Assembly (NCBI GenBank): GCA_014905635.1
Contig: CM026547.1
Span: 4,278,001 to 4,342,000 of the forward strand
DNA: 64,000 nucleotides
Reading direction: 5' to 3'
DNA from: Scenedesmus sp. PABB004
Lineage: Eukaryota
Shown: positions 22,801 through 33,755 of the stretch, one piece after another
Layout of the letters: every line of letters begins with the position of its first letter
How positions within the stretch are numbered: position 1 is the stretch's first letter
Position numbers and translations under genes: made by a program
The notes under the pieces: generated by a model
The model's input: the letters and a program-made list of their open reading frames with translations, nothing else
What the model was told of the DNA's origin: nothing
Database searches by the model: none

Positions 22801-23979
22801 CGCCGCGGTCTCTGCCTGCCGCCGTGCGGGCGCGCAGGCCCAGGCGACGTACGACCTGCTGCACCCTCGCGTGGCCAACATGTGGCACATCTACCGCGTG
22901 ACGGCCAAGGCCGTGCAGGACCGGTGCGCGCCGCGCCCCCGCGCCCCCGCGCGCGCGGTCCCCCTCTCGCCCCCTCCCGTGCGCGCGCCCTCTCCGAGCC
23001 CTCTGCGCCCCGCTTGCCCCGCCCACGCGCGCGCGCCCGCCGCCGCCGCCGCGCCCGCAGGTGGGCCAAGTACGCGGAGCTGTTTGACGACGTGACCATC
23101 ACCGTGTCCCACAAGTTCATGGCCTACATGTACCGCCGCGGCCACCTGGTGCGCTCCCCCTCCCTCCCCCTCTCCCTCTCTCTGTTCCCTCTCTCTCTCT
23201 CGCGCGCGCGCAGCCGCCGGTTGCGCGCGGGCGCTGCGCACGCAGCACGCCGGGCGCCGACTGCCGCCGACCGCCGACCGCACGCGCGCGCTCGTACGCA
23301 CGCGCGCACACCTGTATACAGGGCAAGGTGCGCGTCGACCGCGACCGAGGCGAGCTGCGCCTGCTGGTCAAGGTCAACGTCGGCGGCGCGAGCGACGCGG
23401 GGCGCAAGTCAAAGGCGGTCAAGGACCTCAAGCAGCTCTCGGGTGCGCCCGCCCGGCCACGCGCCTGCTGCCCGCCCGCCCGCCCGCCCGCGCAGCCGGC
23501 GCGCACGCAACGCCGCCTCGCCCCGGCCCCGGCCGCGCCGCCGCTGCGCGCCGCAGGCGGCGAGCGCAGCTTCACGACCGTCGCGTTTGTGCTTGCGCTG
23601 GGCGAGTTCACGGAGAGCCCCTTCCGGGCCATGGACGAGTACGACGTCTTCATGGACGCGGTCAACCGCCGCATCGCGACGCAGACGCTGCTCGAGTTTG
23701 CGCGCGAGAAGGCGCACCTCCAGTTCGTCCTGCTCACGCCCCAGGCGCGCGCGGGGAGGGGAGGGCGGCGGGGCGCGAGCGAGGGCGCGCGCGGCGCGGC
23801 GGCGGCGGCTCGCCGAGCGCGCGCGGCTGGCCGAGCGCGCGCGGCGCGCGCAGGACCTGCAAGCCGTGGAGGCCGCGAAGCAGCACCTCGCGGCCGAGTC
23901 GCGCCGCCTGCTGCCCGAGGGGTTCGTCAAGGTCGTGCAGATGCGCCCCGCGCGCGCGGGCGGCGCCGCCGAGGCGTGA
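16827..23979 (+). CDS. SMC6: Structural maintenance of chromosomes protein 6 with an N-terminal Tudor-like domain, many exons
   Basis: NFMCH, Walker A GSNGSGKSA, Q-loop VMTQ/D, hinge PPIGPLG, signature LSG/GERSF, Walker B SPFRAMDEYDVFMD, LLTPQ; coiled-coil arms. Confidence 0.95.
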
Positions 23980-24485
23980 CCCGGCGAGGCGCGCGTGTGG
24001 GCGCGCGTGCGAGTGCGCCGGGGCGGGGCGAGGGGCCACGCTGCACAGCTGGACAGGCAGGGAGCAGGCGAGACAGACAGGCCAGAGATTGGCTGTGAAA
24101 AGTTGAGCGTCGCTGAAACACGGCGGTTGCCGCCTGCTCGCCGCGCCGGTGGCGCCCACTCGCAGCGCCGCAGCCCGGCACTCCCACACTCCCGTGATCG
24201 TGATCGTCCGCCGCGCGTCCCCGACAGCAAGCCGCGCCGACTGCAGCAAGCCGCCCACCGACGCGGCACGCGGCCTGCTGCTGCTGCCCGCCCGCGGGCG
24301 CCGCCGCGCCGCCTGCGCGCCCCGGTGCCTGCCTCCCGCGCGCCTCCCGGGCCGGTCGCCCCCCGCTCCCGCCGCATGCGCGCCAGCTAGGCGCCCGGCG
24401 GGCGCGGCGCCGAGCCCCGGCGCGCGGCGCGGCGGCCAGCAGCGGCGGCGGCGGCGGCGGCGCGCCGCGCGCCGCGCCGGGCGGC

Positions 24486-24905
24486 ATGCCGATCGTCGCC
24501 GCCGCGGTGGTGGGGTCCGCCAACAACCCGCTCTTCCTGCGCCTCTACGCGCCGAGCGACGACGAGGCCAAGTTCCACTACATGGTCCACGCCTCGCTCG
24601 ACGCGGTCGAGGAGAAGGTGCTGCTGCGCCGCAACCCGGGCGAGGTCCCCGAGCCCTACCTCGGCCTGCTGTACCCCACCGAGGAGTACCGCGTGTACGG
24701 CTACATCACCAACAGCGGCGTGAAGCTCGTGCTCGTGCTCGACGCGCCGCCGCCGCGCGACGAGCCGCTGCTGCGCGTCTTCCGCGCGCTGCACGCGCTC
24801 TACGTCGACGCGTCCTGCAACCCGCTCTACACCGCGGGCCTGCCCCTCACCAGCGCCGCGTTCGCGGAGGGCGTCGCCGCCGCGGTGCGCGCGTACGCGC
24901 CGTGA
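24486..24905 (+). CDS. TRAPPC2L: TRAPP complex subunit 2-like (sedlin family), intronless
   Basis: AVVGSANNPLFLR, FHYMVHASLDAVEEK, YLGLLYPTEEYRVYGYITNSGVKLVL, LHALYVDASCNPLY; TGTAA at 25003. Confidence 0.93.
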   Translation: MPIVAAAVVGSANNPLFLRLYAPSDDEAKFHYMVHASLDAVEEKVLLRRNPGEVPEPYLGLLYPTEEYRVYGYITNSGVKLVLVLDAPPPRDEPLLRVFRALHALYVDASCNPLYTAGLPLTSAAFAEGVAAAVRAYAP

Positions 24906-25201
24906 GCGAGCGCGCAGCGCGGCGCCGCAGCGCGGCAGGCGGGCTGCTGCCGGGCGGCGTGGGCGCCCGGCGGCGGCGGCGGCGTCGGCTGCAGAGGCCC
25001 TGTGTAAGCCCTGTGCCGGCGCCGTGCCCCGCTTGACACGACGCCCACGGGGCAGTGCCGAAGACCGCCAGCGGTTCTGTCGTCCGCGTGCGGCCGCCGC
25101 CGTGCTCAGCGAAAGGCTCCCAGCTCGCCCCCACACTCGTCCGTGCGCCTGCCCCGTCAGCTCGCGCTCGGCCGGCCGGTCGACTGCGCCGCCAGCCCCG
25201 A

Positions 25202-26321
25202 ATGGACGCATCGCCGGACGCTTCGCCGCCGCCGCTGCTCGCGTTCGCGCAGCAAGCGGACGAGCGCGTACTGCTGTTACTGCTGCAGGCCATCGCGAGG
25301 GCTGCGGACCTGGGGCAGCTGCTTCGCCTCGCTGCGGTGCGCCGAGAGCAACCGCAGGCGGTTGCGCTGCTGCTGCTGATGACGCGCCCCACCGCTGCCG
25401 CCTGCCCACACACAGGCGGCGCGCCCCTGCTGGGAGATGGTGGCGGCCTCTGCGGACTGGCTGTGGCAGCAGCAGTGCGACGCGCTCGGCTGGCGCTCCG
25501 GCGCCGGCGCGGCGCACCAGGCACCGCGCGCCGCCGCGCCGCCAGCGCGCGCCGCCGCCATGCCGCGCCGCGACCGCGGCGCCGCGGTGGAGAGCCCCTG
25601 GTTCTCCTACTGCTGCGCCCGCATGGCCGCGCGCTGGCGCCTGAGGCAGCTGCTGCGAAAGTACGTCCCCTTCCTGGACGCGCCGAGCCGCCTCGCGATG
25701 CAGCCGGGCGCGGGCATCGAGCGGCTCGCCGCCGCGGAGCGGCGCCTCGGCGGCGCGCTGCCGTGGTCGCTGTGGGAGCTGCACCGCTTCCGCTCGGGCC
25801 AGGCGGCTGCCGCGTCGGTCGCGTTTGCCGACGGCTGCCGGCTGCTGGAGCTCGAGGAGCTGCAGCCGGCGCTGCTGGACGCGCCGGCGGCGCCGACGCT
25901 CTCCCCCGGCGGCCCCGTGCGCGAGGCGCAGCTCGCGGCGCTGCAGGCGCAGCTGCCGGGGCTGGCGCTCAGCCCGGCGCCGGCGGGCGCGGGGCCGGCA
26001 GAGGCGCACGTGGCGGCGGCGGCGGCGACCAGCACACCAGCCGTGGTCTTCCTGGCCGACGCAGCTGGCAGCCGGGCGTTTGCCGTCGCCGTGGACGACG
26101 GGAGCGTGCATGTGCTCAGAGGCGGGTGCCGGCAGCCCTGGCGGCGAGCGGCGCGGCGCGCGCGCGCGGGGTCCCAAGCTCGGCGGCCCCGTCCCGTGCG
26201 CCGGCGCCCGTACGCTGCCGACCACACGCTGCCGCCGCCGCCGCCGCCGCCGCGCGCAGGGTTCACGCAGCGCCGCATCGCGGGCAGCCTGTCAGGTTTC
26301 ATCCAGTACCTGCTGACCTGA
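25202..26321 (+). CDS. F-box-like / SMI1-KNR4 domain protein (SKIP16/FBXO3-like N-terminal part)
   Basis: F-box-like AADLGQLLRLAA/AARPCWEMVAASADWLWQQQC; SMI1-like MQPGAGIERLAAAERRLGGALPWSLWELHRFRSGQ; ends AGSLSGFIQYLLT*. Confidence 0.6.
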
Positions 26322-26395
26322 GCGGTGCTCGGGGCGGGTCGCGTTCTCTTGCAAGCACCGCCCGTCGCGCCGCCCTCGCTCGCTCGCTCGCGCGC

Positions 26396-27390
26396 TCACT
26401 TCGCGAGCGCCGGCGCCGCGCCGAGCAGGCCGCGCAACTCCTCCTCCAGCTGCTGCAGCATGTCGCGCCCCGTGCGCGCGTACGTCCAGCGCCCGCCGTG
26501 CGCGTCGTAGCGGAATGGGCCACTCACCGGCGAGGAGAGCCAGATCTGGCGGTTGGGCGTCTGCTTGTTGATGACGTACGTGCCGTGCCGCCCCAGCCGC
26601 ACCGTCAGCACGCCTTGCTGCGGGGCGCGGGGTGAGCGGCGCAGGCGCAGGGCGCGGGTGAGCGCTCGGGCCGCCGCCGCACGCAGCGCCAGGGCGCGCG
26701 GCCGCGGCGCACCGCCTGCTCCACGTCGCCGCCGTCCACGTCCTGGTCCTCAATGAACACCTGCGGGGCGGGCCCGGGCGGGCGGGCGCCCGCGCCGCGT
26801 CACGCCCGTGGCGCCGCCGGGCGCGGCTGCGTGCGCGCCGCCCGCGACGCACTGCCAGCCGCATGCGCGCGCGCCACACCTCCAGCCGCTCCTGCAGCAG
26901 GTCCAGCACCTCGTCAGCCAGGCGGTGGAACTCGTCCTCGCTCAGCTCGGCGTGGCTGCGGCGGCGCGCCAGCGGCGGCGCGCACGGTCGGCCGGCCGCG
27001 CGCCCGCGCCAGCTGCCGCCGTCCCCTCCCTCTCTCATAGTGCACTCACATGACTCGCAGCTCGCCGTCGCAGAAGCCGCGCCGCGCCTGCCGCTGCAGG
27101 CCGGCGACGGGCGCCGCTGCTGTCGCCGCTGCCGGGCCGCAGCGCGCCGCCGGGGCCGCCGCACAGCGCGCGACCGAGCTCAGGACGTGGCTGTGCCGCT
27201 GTACAGCGTTGGCATCCGGCCAGCGCGGGCAGTCGGAGCTGCTGCTCGCCGCCGCGCGCGCCGTGGGGAGGCAGGCCTCCACTGCCTGCAGCTGCGCCGC
27301 GCAGCTCAGCAGCGCGTCCGCTCGCGCGCTCGCCCACGGCGTGCCGCGGCCGATGGCCGCCAGCACGCGCCCAAGCGCGCGCCCGCTCAT
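26396..27390 (-). CDS. FXN: Frataxin (mitochondrial Fe-S assembly)
   Basis: Presequence [71 protein letters not shown]. Confidence 0.95.
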
Positions 27391-27587
27391 GGCCGGCGCG
27401 CGGCGGCGAGGGCCGTGGGAGGGCGAGCGCACGAGTCCGGCCCGCGGCGCGCTCGCGAGCGATCGGCGTGGCGTCCGCGGGCGGCGGAAGGCTGAGCCAG
27501 ACCGGCAGTGGTTCGACCGGTCACCGCTGCGAGCCTCACGCCGTCACGCGCCGCGGCGGCGCAGCGCGGCAAAGCCCCGGAGCGGGG

Positions 27588-30500
27588 TCACGCCGACGCG
27601 CTGCGCGGCGACAGGCGCAAGCAGTACAGCTGGTCGTCACGGCAGCCCGCCAGCAGCCAGGGGCCCACCCACACCGGGCCGGCAAAGGCCTCGCCCGGCA
27701 GGCGCGCGGCGGCGATGCCGGCGCCGCCCGGGGCGAGCAGGTCGACTGCGCCGTCGCGGCTGCACACCGCAAGCGCGCCCGTCGGCGGCGGCGCGCCGCC
27801 CTCCTCCTCGTGCTGTCCCGCTAGCGCCACGCGCGGCGCGGGCGCGGCCGACACGCCGCCGCCGCCGAGGCGGGCCTGCCAGACCGCCGCGCCGCACCGC
27901 GCGGCAACGCCGTGCAGCCAGCCGTCCTGCGTTGCAACCACGGCCACGGCGCGGAGGTCGCCGCTGCCCGGCGCCGGCGGCAGCAGCGGCAGGTCGGCGT
28001 ACACGTGGCCCGCCGCGCGCAGGCGCCACAGCGGCGCGCCCGAGCCCAGCGTGATGCCCACGACGCTGCCGTCCACGGCCGCGGCAACGAGCACGCCCGC
28101 CGCCTCGTCTACCGCGGGGCTGCTGAACAGCGGCGCGGCGGCCTTGTGCGCCCAGCGCTGCGCGAGCAACGGCGCCGTTCCGCCAGCTGCGGGCTCGCCG
28201 CCGCCGCCCGCGCCGCGACGTCGCAGCGCGCCGCGCTCCACCGCCAGCGCGAGCAGCGAGCCGTCCAGCAGGGCGAGCACGGCCACACCCGACACGGGCG
28301 CAAAGGCGACGCGCGCCGACCCCGCGGCGGGCAGGGCGTGCCTGCGGCATGCCGGCGCGGGCGCGCGAGCGGCGGGTGAGCGGCCCGGCGCGCGGCGCGC
28401 CTGCGCCAGCATGCCGCCTCGCTCCCCTGGCGCGCTCACCGACACAGCACGTCCAGTTCCGGCCGTGGCACCACAACGAGCAGCTGCCGCCCGTGGCTCA
28501 CGACCCACCAGCAACCTGCCCAGGGGTCGGCGGCTGGCGCGGCGCGCAGGTCGCCGCCGCAGGCCACGGCGCCGCGGTGCGCGCCGTCGGCGACGCGGAG
28601 GCAGTGCAGCTGGCCGTCCCCGCACGCCACGCCCAGCCAGGCGGCGCAGGGGCTCAGGACCACGCCCGCGTCCGCACGGGCCGGCAGGGCGCGCGTCCAG
28701 TGGCGCTGGCCGCTGGGCACGTCGATGCAGGCGACGCTGCCGTCGTGCGAGCAGGCAAACGCCAGCAGGCCCAGCGGCGCCGCGCCCGCGCCGCCGGAGA
28801 GCGCGAGCACCAGCGGCGCCGTGTCGATGCAGCGACCGAGCGGCAGCCGCCAGTGAAGGTGCAGCTCACCCTCCGCGGCCGGCTGCTGCTGCTCGGGCCC
28901 GCGCTGTGCTGGCGGGGGCTGCTCTGGGCTGAGGGCTTCGCCCGGCTGGCCGGGCCGCAGGCGCCAGGCCTGGACGCGCCCCGCGGCGGTGACGACCAGC
29001 GCCCGGCTTGCCGCCGCCAGCAGCTCTGCCGGGCTGCTGGCGGCGCGGCCGCGCTGCTGCTCGTGCGGCTCGTCGCCGGGCGGCGCCGCCGGCGGGAACA
29101 CGCGGCGCCGCTTGGCCGCGCCCGCGGTGCCGCGCTCCGTGCCGGGCGCCGGCGACTGCCGCTTCGCTGCGCCGGCCCCGTCCGCGCTGGCACCGCTGCG
29201 CAGGAACGCTGCCAGCGCGCGCGCGCTGGGGCACGCGTACACAAGCCGCAGGTCGATGCCGAGCTGCGCCGCGACCGCCGCGGCGGCGAGGGAGTTGCCG
29301 CCGGCCGCGAAAAAGTCCTGCGCCGGCTCCAGCGGCGGCGCGCGCCAGGCCGCGGCGCTGGCCGCGCCCGGCGCGGCCTGCTGCTGACTTGGCCCTTGCA
29401 GCGCGCCGAGCATCGCGCTCATCACTGCCGCCTCTGACACACCCAGCGGCGACGGCGGCGGCTCCTCCGACCCACGCTCTGCCGGCTGGCGGCTGGGCGC
29501 GCCGCGTGCTGCGCGCGGCGGCGGCAGCTCCGAGCGCAGCACCTTGCCCGCCGCCGAGCGCGGCAGGCGCGGCAGCAGCTGGTAGCGCCCCGGCTGCGCC
29601 GCCGCCGGCAGCTGCGCCGCCGCGGCGCCGCGCAGCTGCTCCAGCAGCCGGGCGGCGGCGGGCGGCAGCTGCTGCTCGTCGGGCGGCGCTGCCGGCGCTG
29701 CCGCGCCCGCGCCGCCGGCTGCGCCGCCGGCCGGGACGACGTATGCGACGAGCTCGCTGTCCTGCCGCCGCCCGGGGCGCGGCCAGGCCCGCGCCGCCGC
29801 CTCGGCCACGCCCGGCTGCTGCGCCAGCAGGCGCTCCACCTCCAGCAGGTCCACCCGCGCGCCCGCCACCTTGGCCTGGTGGTCCACGCGGCCCGCCAGG
29901 TGCAGCGTCCCTGCGCGCGGCGCGCCGCGCGGCGCGCCGCGCGCTGGGCGGGGACGTGCGCGAGCGGCGTCTGGCGCGGCTGCAGCTCGCAGCCGGCTGC
30001 TCACCGTCGGGATCCATGCGCCCCAGGTCGCCCGTCCGGAACCAGGTGAGGCATGCCGAGGCGGCCGCGGCGGCGTCAAAGCCGGCGCCGGCGGCGAACG
30101 ACAGCGCCGGCGCTCCACCCTCGGCCGCCGGCACCAGCGACAGGCGCAGCTGCAGGAAGCGCGCCTGCTGCTGTCGACCGCCGCCCCCGCCGCCGCCGCC
30201 GTTGCTGTTGCCGCCGCCGTCCCCGTCGCTGCCGCCGCCGCCGTCGCCATCCCGGCGGGGGTCATCCCTGGGCGGCAGGTAGCCCGCCGTCAGCCCCGGG
30301 CCCGCCACCCACACCTCGCCCTCGCTGCCAGCCGGCAGCGGCGCCAGCACGTCGTCGTCGCCGCCGAGGGCGGCCACGGCCACCGCCATGCCGGCGATCG
30401 GCCGCCCCGCCGGCACCCAGGGGCCGGTGAGGCGCGCCAGCAGCTCCTCGCTCACCACCTGGCACGTGACGTCTGCAGAGACCTCGGTGGAGCCGTAAAG

Positions 30501-31912
30501 GTTGAGCAGCGCGCAGCGCGGCGGCAGCGCGTCCAGCAGCGCCGCCGCGAGCGCGGCGGGCAGCATCTCGCCGCTGGAGACCACCTGGCGCAGCGCAAGG
30601 CGCTCCCGCGCAGCGGCCAGCGCGGGCAGCCACAGCTGCAGCACGGACGGCACGGCGGCCTGAGGCGGGGCGGCGGCGGGGGTCGGGGGTCGGGGCAGCC
30701 GCGCCGGGGCGCGTGGAGGCGGCGCCGGCGCCGCCGCCGGGCGGCCGCGCAGCCCCACCCGCCCACCAGGTGCGTCGCACGGTGCTCCACCAGCGCCGCG
30801 ACGAGCCGCTTCGGCTGCAGCACCAGCGGCGCGCCCGGCCCTGCGCCCAGCGGCGCGTCGTCGCCGGGCACCAGCAGCATCGTCGCGCCGCACAGCAGCG
30901 GCGCGAGCAGCTCCCACACGTGGTCAACGAACGACACCGCGGTCTTGAACGCGACCACCGAGCCGCGCGACAGCGGCACCGGCGCCAGCGCCCGCTGCGC
31001 CTGCTGCGCCTGCTGCGCCTGCTGCGCCTGCTGTGCCTGCTGCGCCTGCTGCGCCTCCTGCTGCGCCTGCTGCGCCTCCTGCTGCGCCTGCTGCGCCTCC
31101 TGCCCCTGCTGCGCCCAGGCGAGGCGGTTGAGGAAGCCCGCCTCGCTGCCGCGCACGCCGAGCGGCGCGCCGGTGGAGCCAGAGGTGAAGAGAATGTAAA
31201 ACCAGGGCAGCTCCTGCTGCTGCTGCTGGCCCACACCCTGCCCGCCTCGCAGCAGCGGTGGCGGCGGCGGGTGCGTCGCCGCCGGGGCGGCGCCGCCAGG
31301 CGCGAGCAGCGCCTCCGCCGGCACGAGGCGGCTGCGCGCGCCCGCCGCCGCGGCCGCGGCCGCGGCGGCGCCCGCGGTCGAGCTCGCGTGCACGAGCAGG
31401 GCCGGCTCCGCGTGGCGCAGCACCGCGGCCAGCCGCGCCGGCGGCCAGCCGGCGTCCAGCGGCAGGAACGCGGCGCTGCGGGCGCGCGGGGCGGTAGGAG
31501 CTCGGGCGTCAGGCTTGGCTGGCCCCTGGCTGGTAGCGCCCAGCGCCGGCCGCAGCGGCTCACCCAGCCGCCAGGGCACCCAGGGACGCCACCACGTAGG
31601 CCAGGGAGCGCGGCAGCAGCAGCGCGACCAGCGGCGGCGCGGCGCCAGCGCTGCCGCCGTCGCGGAGCAGCTCGGCGAGGCGCGCGCCGGCGGCAGCGGC
31701 CTGCGGGCGCAAGGAGTGACGCAGGCAGCTTCAAGACCAAGGCAGGGGCGCTGCGGCACGGCAGCGGCGCCCCTCGCACGCACCAGGCGCAGCAGCGACG
31801 CCGCGTCGAGCGGCGCCGTCGCGCCGCCGGCGCAAACGACCTGCGCGCGCGGCTGCGCTTCGGCGGCCTCGCACAGCGCAGCCCAGATGCGCGAGCTGTG
31901 CCGCTGGGCCAT
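27588..31912 (-). CDS. AASDH: NRPS-like beta-alanine-activating enzyme (adenylation, carrier and PQQ-type beta-propeller domains; ACSF4/AAE19-like)
   Basis: YILFTSGSTG, LNLYGSTE, FRTGDLG, GRVDHQAKVAGARV, LPRSAAGKV; carrier Ser in DFFAAGGNSL; propeller repeats WRLPLGRCIDTAPL, PLFSSPAV, GCRDDQLYCL. Confidence 0.9.
30996..31115. repeat. Coding 9/12-bp tandem repeat encoding (AQQ/AQQE)n in AASDH
   Basis: (CTGCGCCTG)n on the plus strand; the same unit recurs in an intron at ~43300-43354. Confidence 0.85.
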
Positions 31913-32173
31913 GCCGGCGCCGGGCGGCCGCCGCCGAAGCGCCGGAGGCCGGTCGGTCCGCGCCGCCGCACACACCGCTGCTGCGGATGGGTGAACACCG
32001 GTGGGTGGCACAGCGTTACACGCCCGCCCGACCCGCAGCGCCGAACCGCCGCCGCCCGCCCGCCCGCCCGCCTCCCCGCCGCTGCGCCTGCAGCGGCCCC
32101 GCCCGCCCGCCCGCCGCGCGGCCGCCGCCGCGCCGCGCCCGGCCACCCCTCGGCGACGCCGCCATCTGGCCCG

Positions 32174-32804
32174 CTAGTCAGCGACGCCGCCGTCCTGCTG
32201 CAGCCGCGCCTGCTCCTCCTCCAGCATGATCTCCACGAGCGCGCGCTGCGTGCGGCGCTCGAGCTTTGCTAGCCGCGGCTCGATCTCGCGCTTGAGGTCC
32301 CAGTTGGCCTTCTTTGGCGCGACGCTCGCCAGCAGCTCCTGCGCGGGCCGGGCCGCGCGGCGGGTCGGGCGGCGGGCAGGGCGGGCGCGGCGCGGCGAGG
32401 CGGGCGCTGGCTGCTGCTGCTCGCGCCGCTGGCTGCTCCCGCCGCCGCACCTCCTCGTCCGCCTCCTCCGGCTTGGTGCCCAGCTCCGGCTCCACCAGCT
32501 TTGGTGGCTGCGCCGGCGCCAACTGCGGCAGGGCGGCACGCACGCGGCGGTCGGCGCGGCGGCGGCGGCCGCTGCTGCTGGCGCCGCTGCCGCACTCGCC
32601 GCCGCCCCGCTCCGCCTGCTGCCGCTGCTGCCGCACCTTTTCGTGCTCGATCTTCTCGTCCTTGACCACGTAGTTCCGGAACTTGAGCACCGGCTTCTCT
32701 GCGTCCGCCGCGGGCGCCGCCGCCGCGCCGCCGTCTGCCTGCGCCAGCGCGGCCGCTGCTTTGAGCGCCTTCAGGCGCTGCTTGCGGGCTGCTGCGTCCT
32801 CCAT
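32174..32804 (-). CDS. CCDC12: Pre-mRNA splicing factor Cwf18/CCDC12, 3 exons
   Basis: MEDAAARKQRLKALK, LKFRNY, LASVAPKKANWDLKREIEPRLAKLERRTQRAL. Confidence 0.93.
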
Positions 32805-33160
32805 GGCGGCCTCCCGCTCGAGCGCTGGCCTCCCGCCCCGCGGGCCGCGAGCTGAACGGGGAGCGCGGGCTGGCCTCCGATGCGAGCTGTTCCCGTCGGG
32901 TGGCGTGGGCGCGGCCCCCGGTTTGGGTGCTGTGGGAGCGCTGTGCGGGTCTATGGCTTTTCGGGAGGGAGCGGCGGCGGCCTGTGCCGCCTCACGCGCG
33001 GCGCCGCAGCGGGGCCGGGGCTCTGCGGCGCGCCGCCGCGCCGCCGCCGCCCGGCCCCCCAGCCTGCCGCGCGGGCCAGCGCCCGTGCCGCCACAGCAGC
33101 CGACATCACGCCCGCCGCGTGCGTGCCGCGCCGTCGCTCGGGCGGCGCACGGCGGCCGCG

Positions 33161-33707
33161 ATGAGCGCTGCTGACCGGCGCCGGCTGCAGGCGGCGGCAG
33201 CGCAGGTGGCCAAGTCGGACGCCAGGTGCGGCGGCGGCGGCGGCGGCTGCCCGGCTGCGCGGCGACGACGGCGCAGCGCGCAGGAGCGGTCAAGGCGCGA
33301 CGCGCCGCCCGCAGGTTTGTCGCCGCGGCGGCCGGGCAGCGCTGGACCGGCGGGGCCGGCGGGGCGGCCGTCGGCAGCCGCAGCGCCGGGGCCGGCGCGG
33401 CGGCCGTCGGCAGCCGCAGCGCCGGCCCGGCGCCGGCCGAAGCGCCAGCCGCCGCGCAGCAGCAGCAGCCTCGGCAGCAGCCACCCGCGCGCCGCGGGCG
33501 CGCCGCCTCGCCGTTGCGCAGCGCCTCGCCTGTCTTCGAGCCGCCGCCGCCTCCCGAGGCGCGCCTGCCCGCGCTGCGCGCGGCGGCGCAAGAGGAGGAT
33601 GCTGGCGCGACGTGCGCAGGTTGCGTGCCGTGCGCGACCGGCGCCGGCGCCAGCGAGGCGCAGCAGCGGCGGCTCGCCGCGGACTGGCTGGCCTCGGGCG
33701 GCGTGCC

Positions 33708-33755
<48 letters not shown>

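Noticed and set aside
27588..31912. NRPS secondary-metabolite gene cluster
   Set aside because: A-T-PQQ is the architecture of the widespread AASDH; no condensation domain, and the neighbours are housekeeping genes
33708..33752. Poly-Gln (CAG)n and similar GCN triplet runs (also ~44090-44140 and ~48968-49010)
   Set aside because: Ordinary microsatellites, common throughout this window
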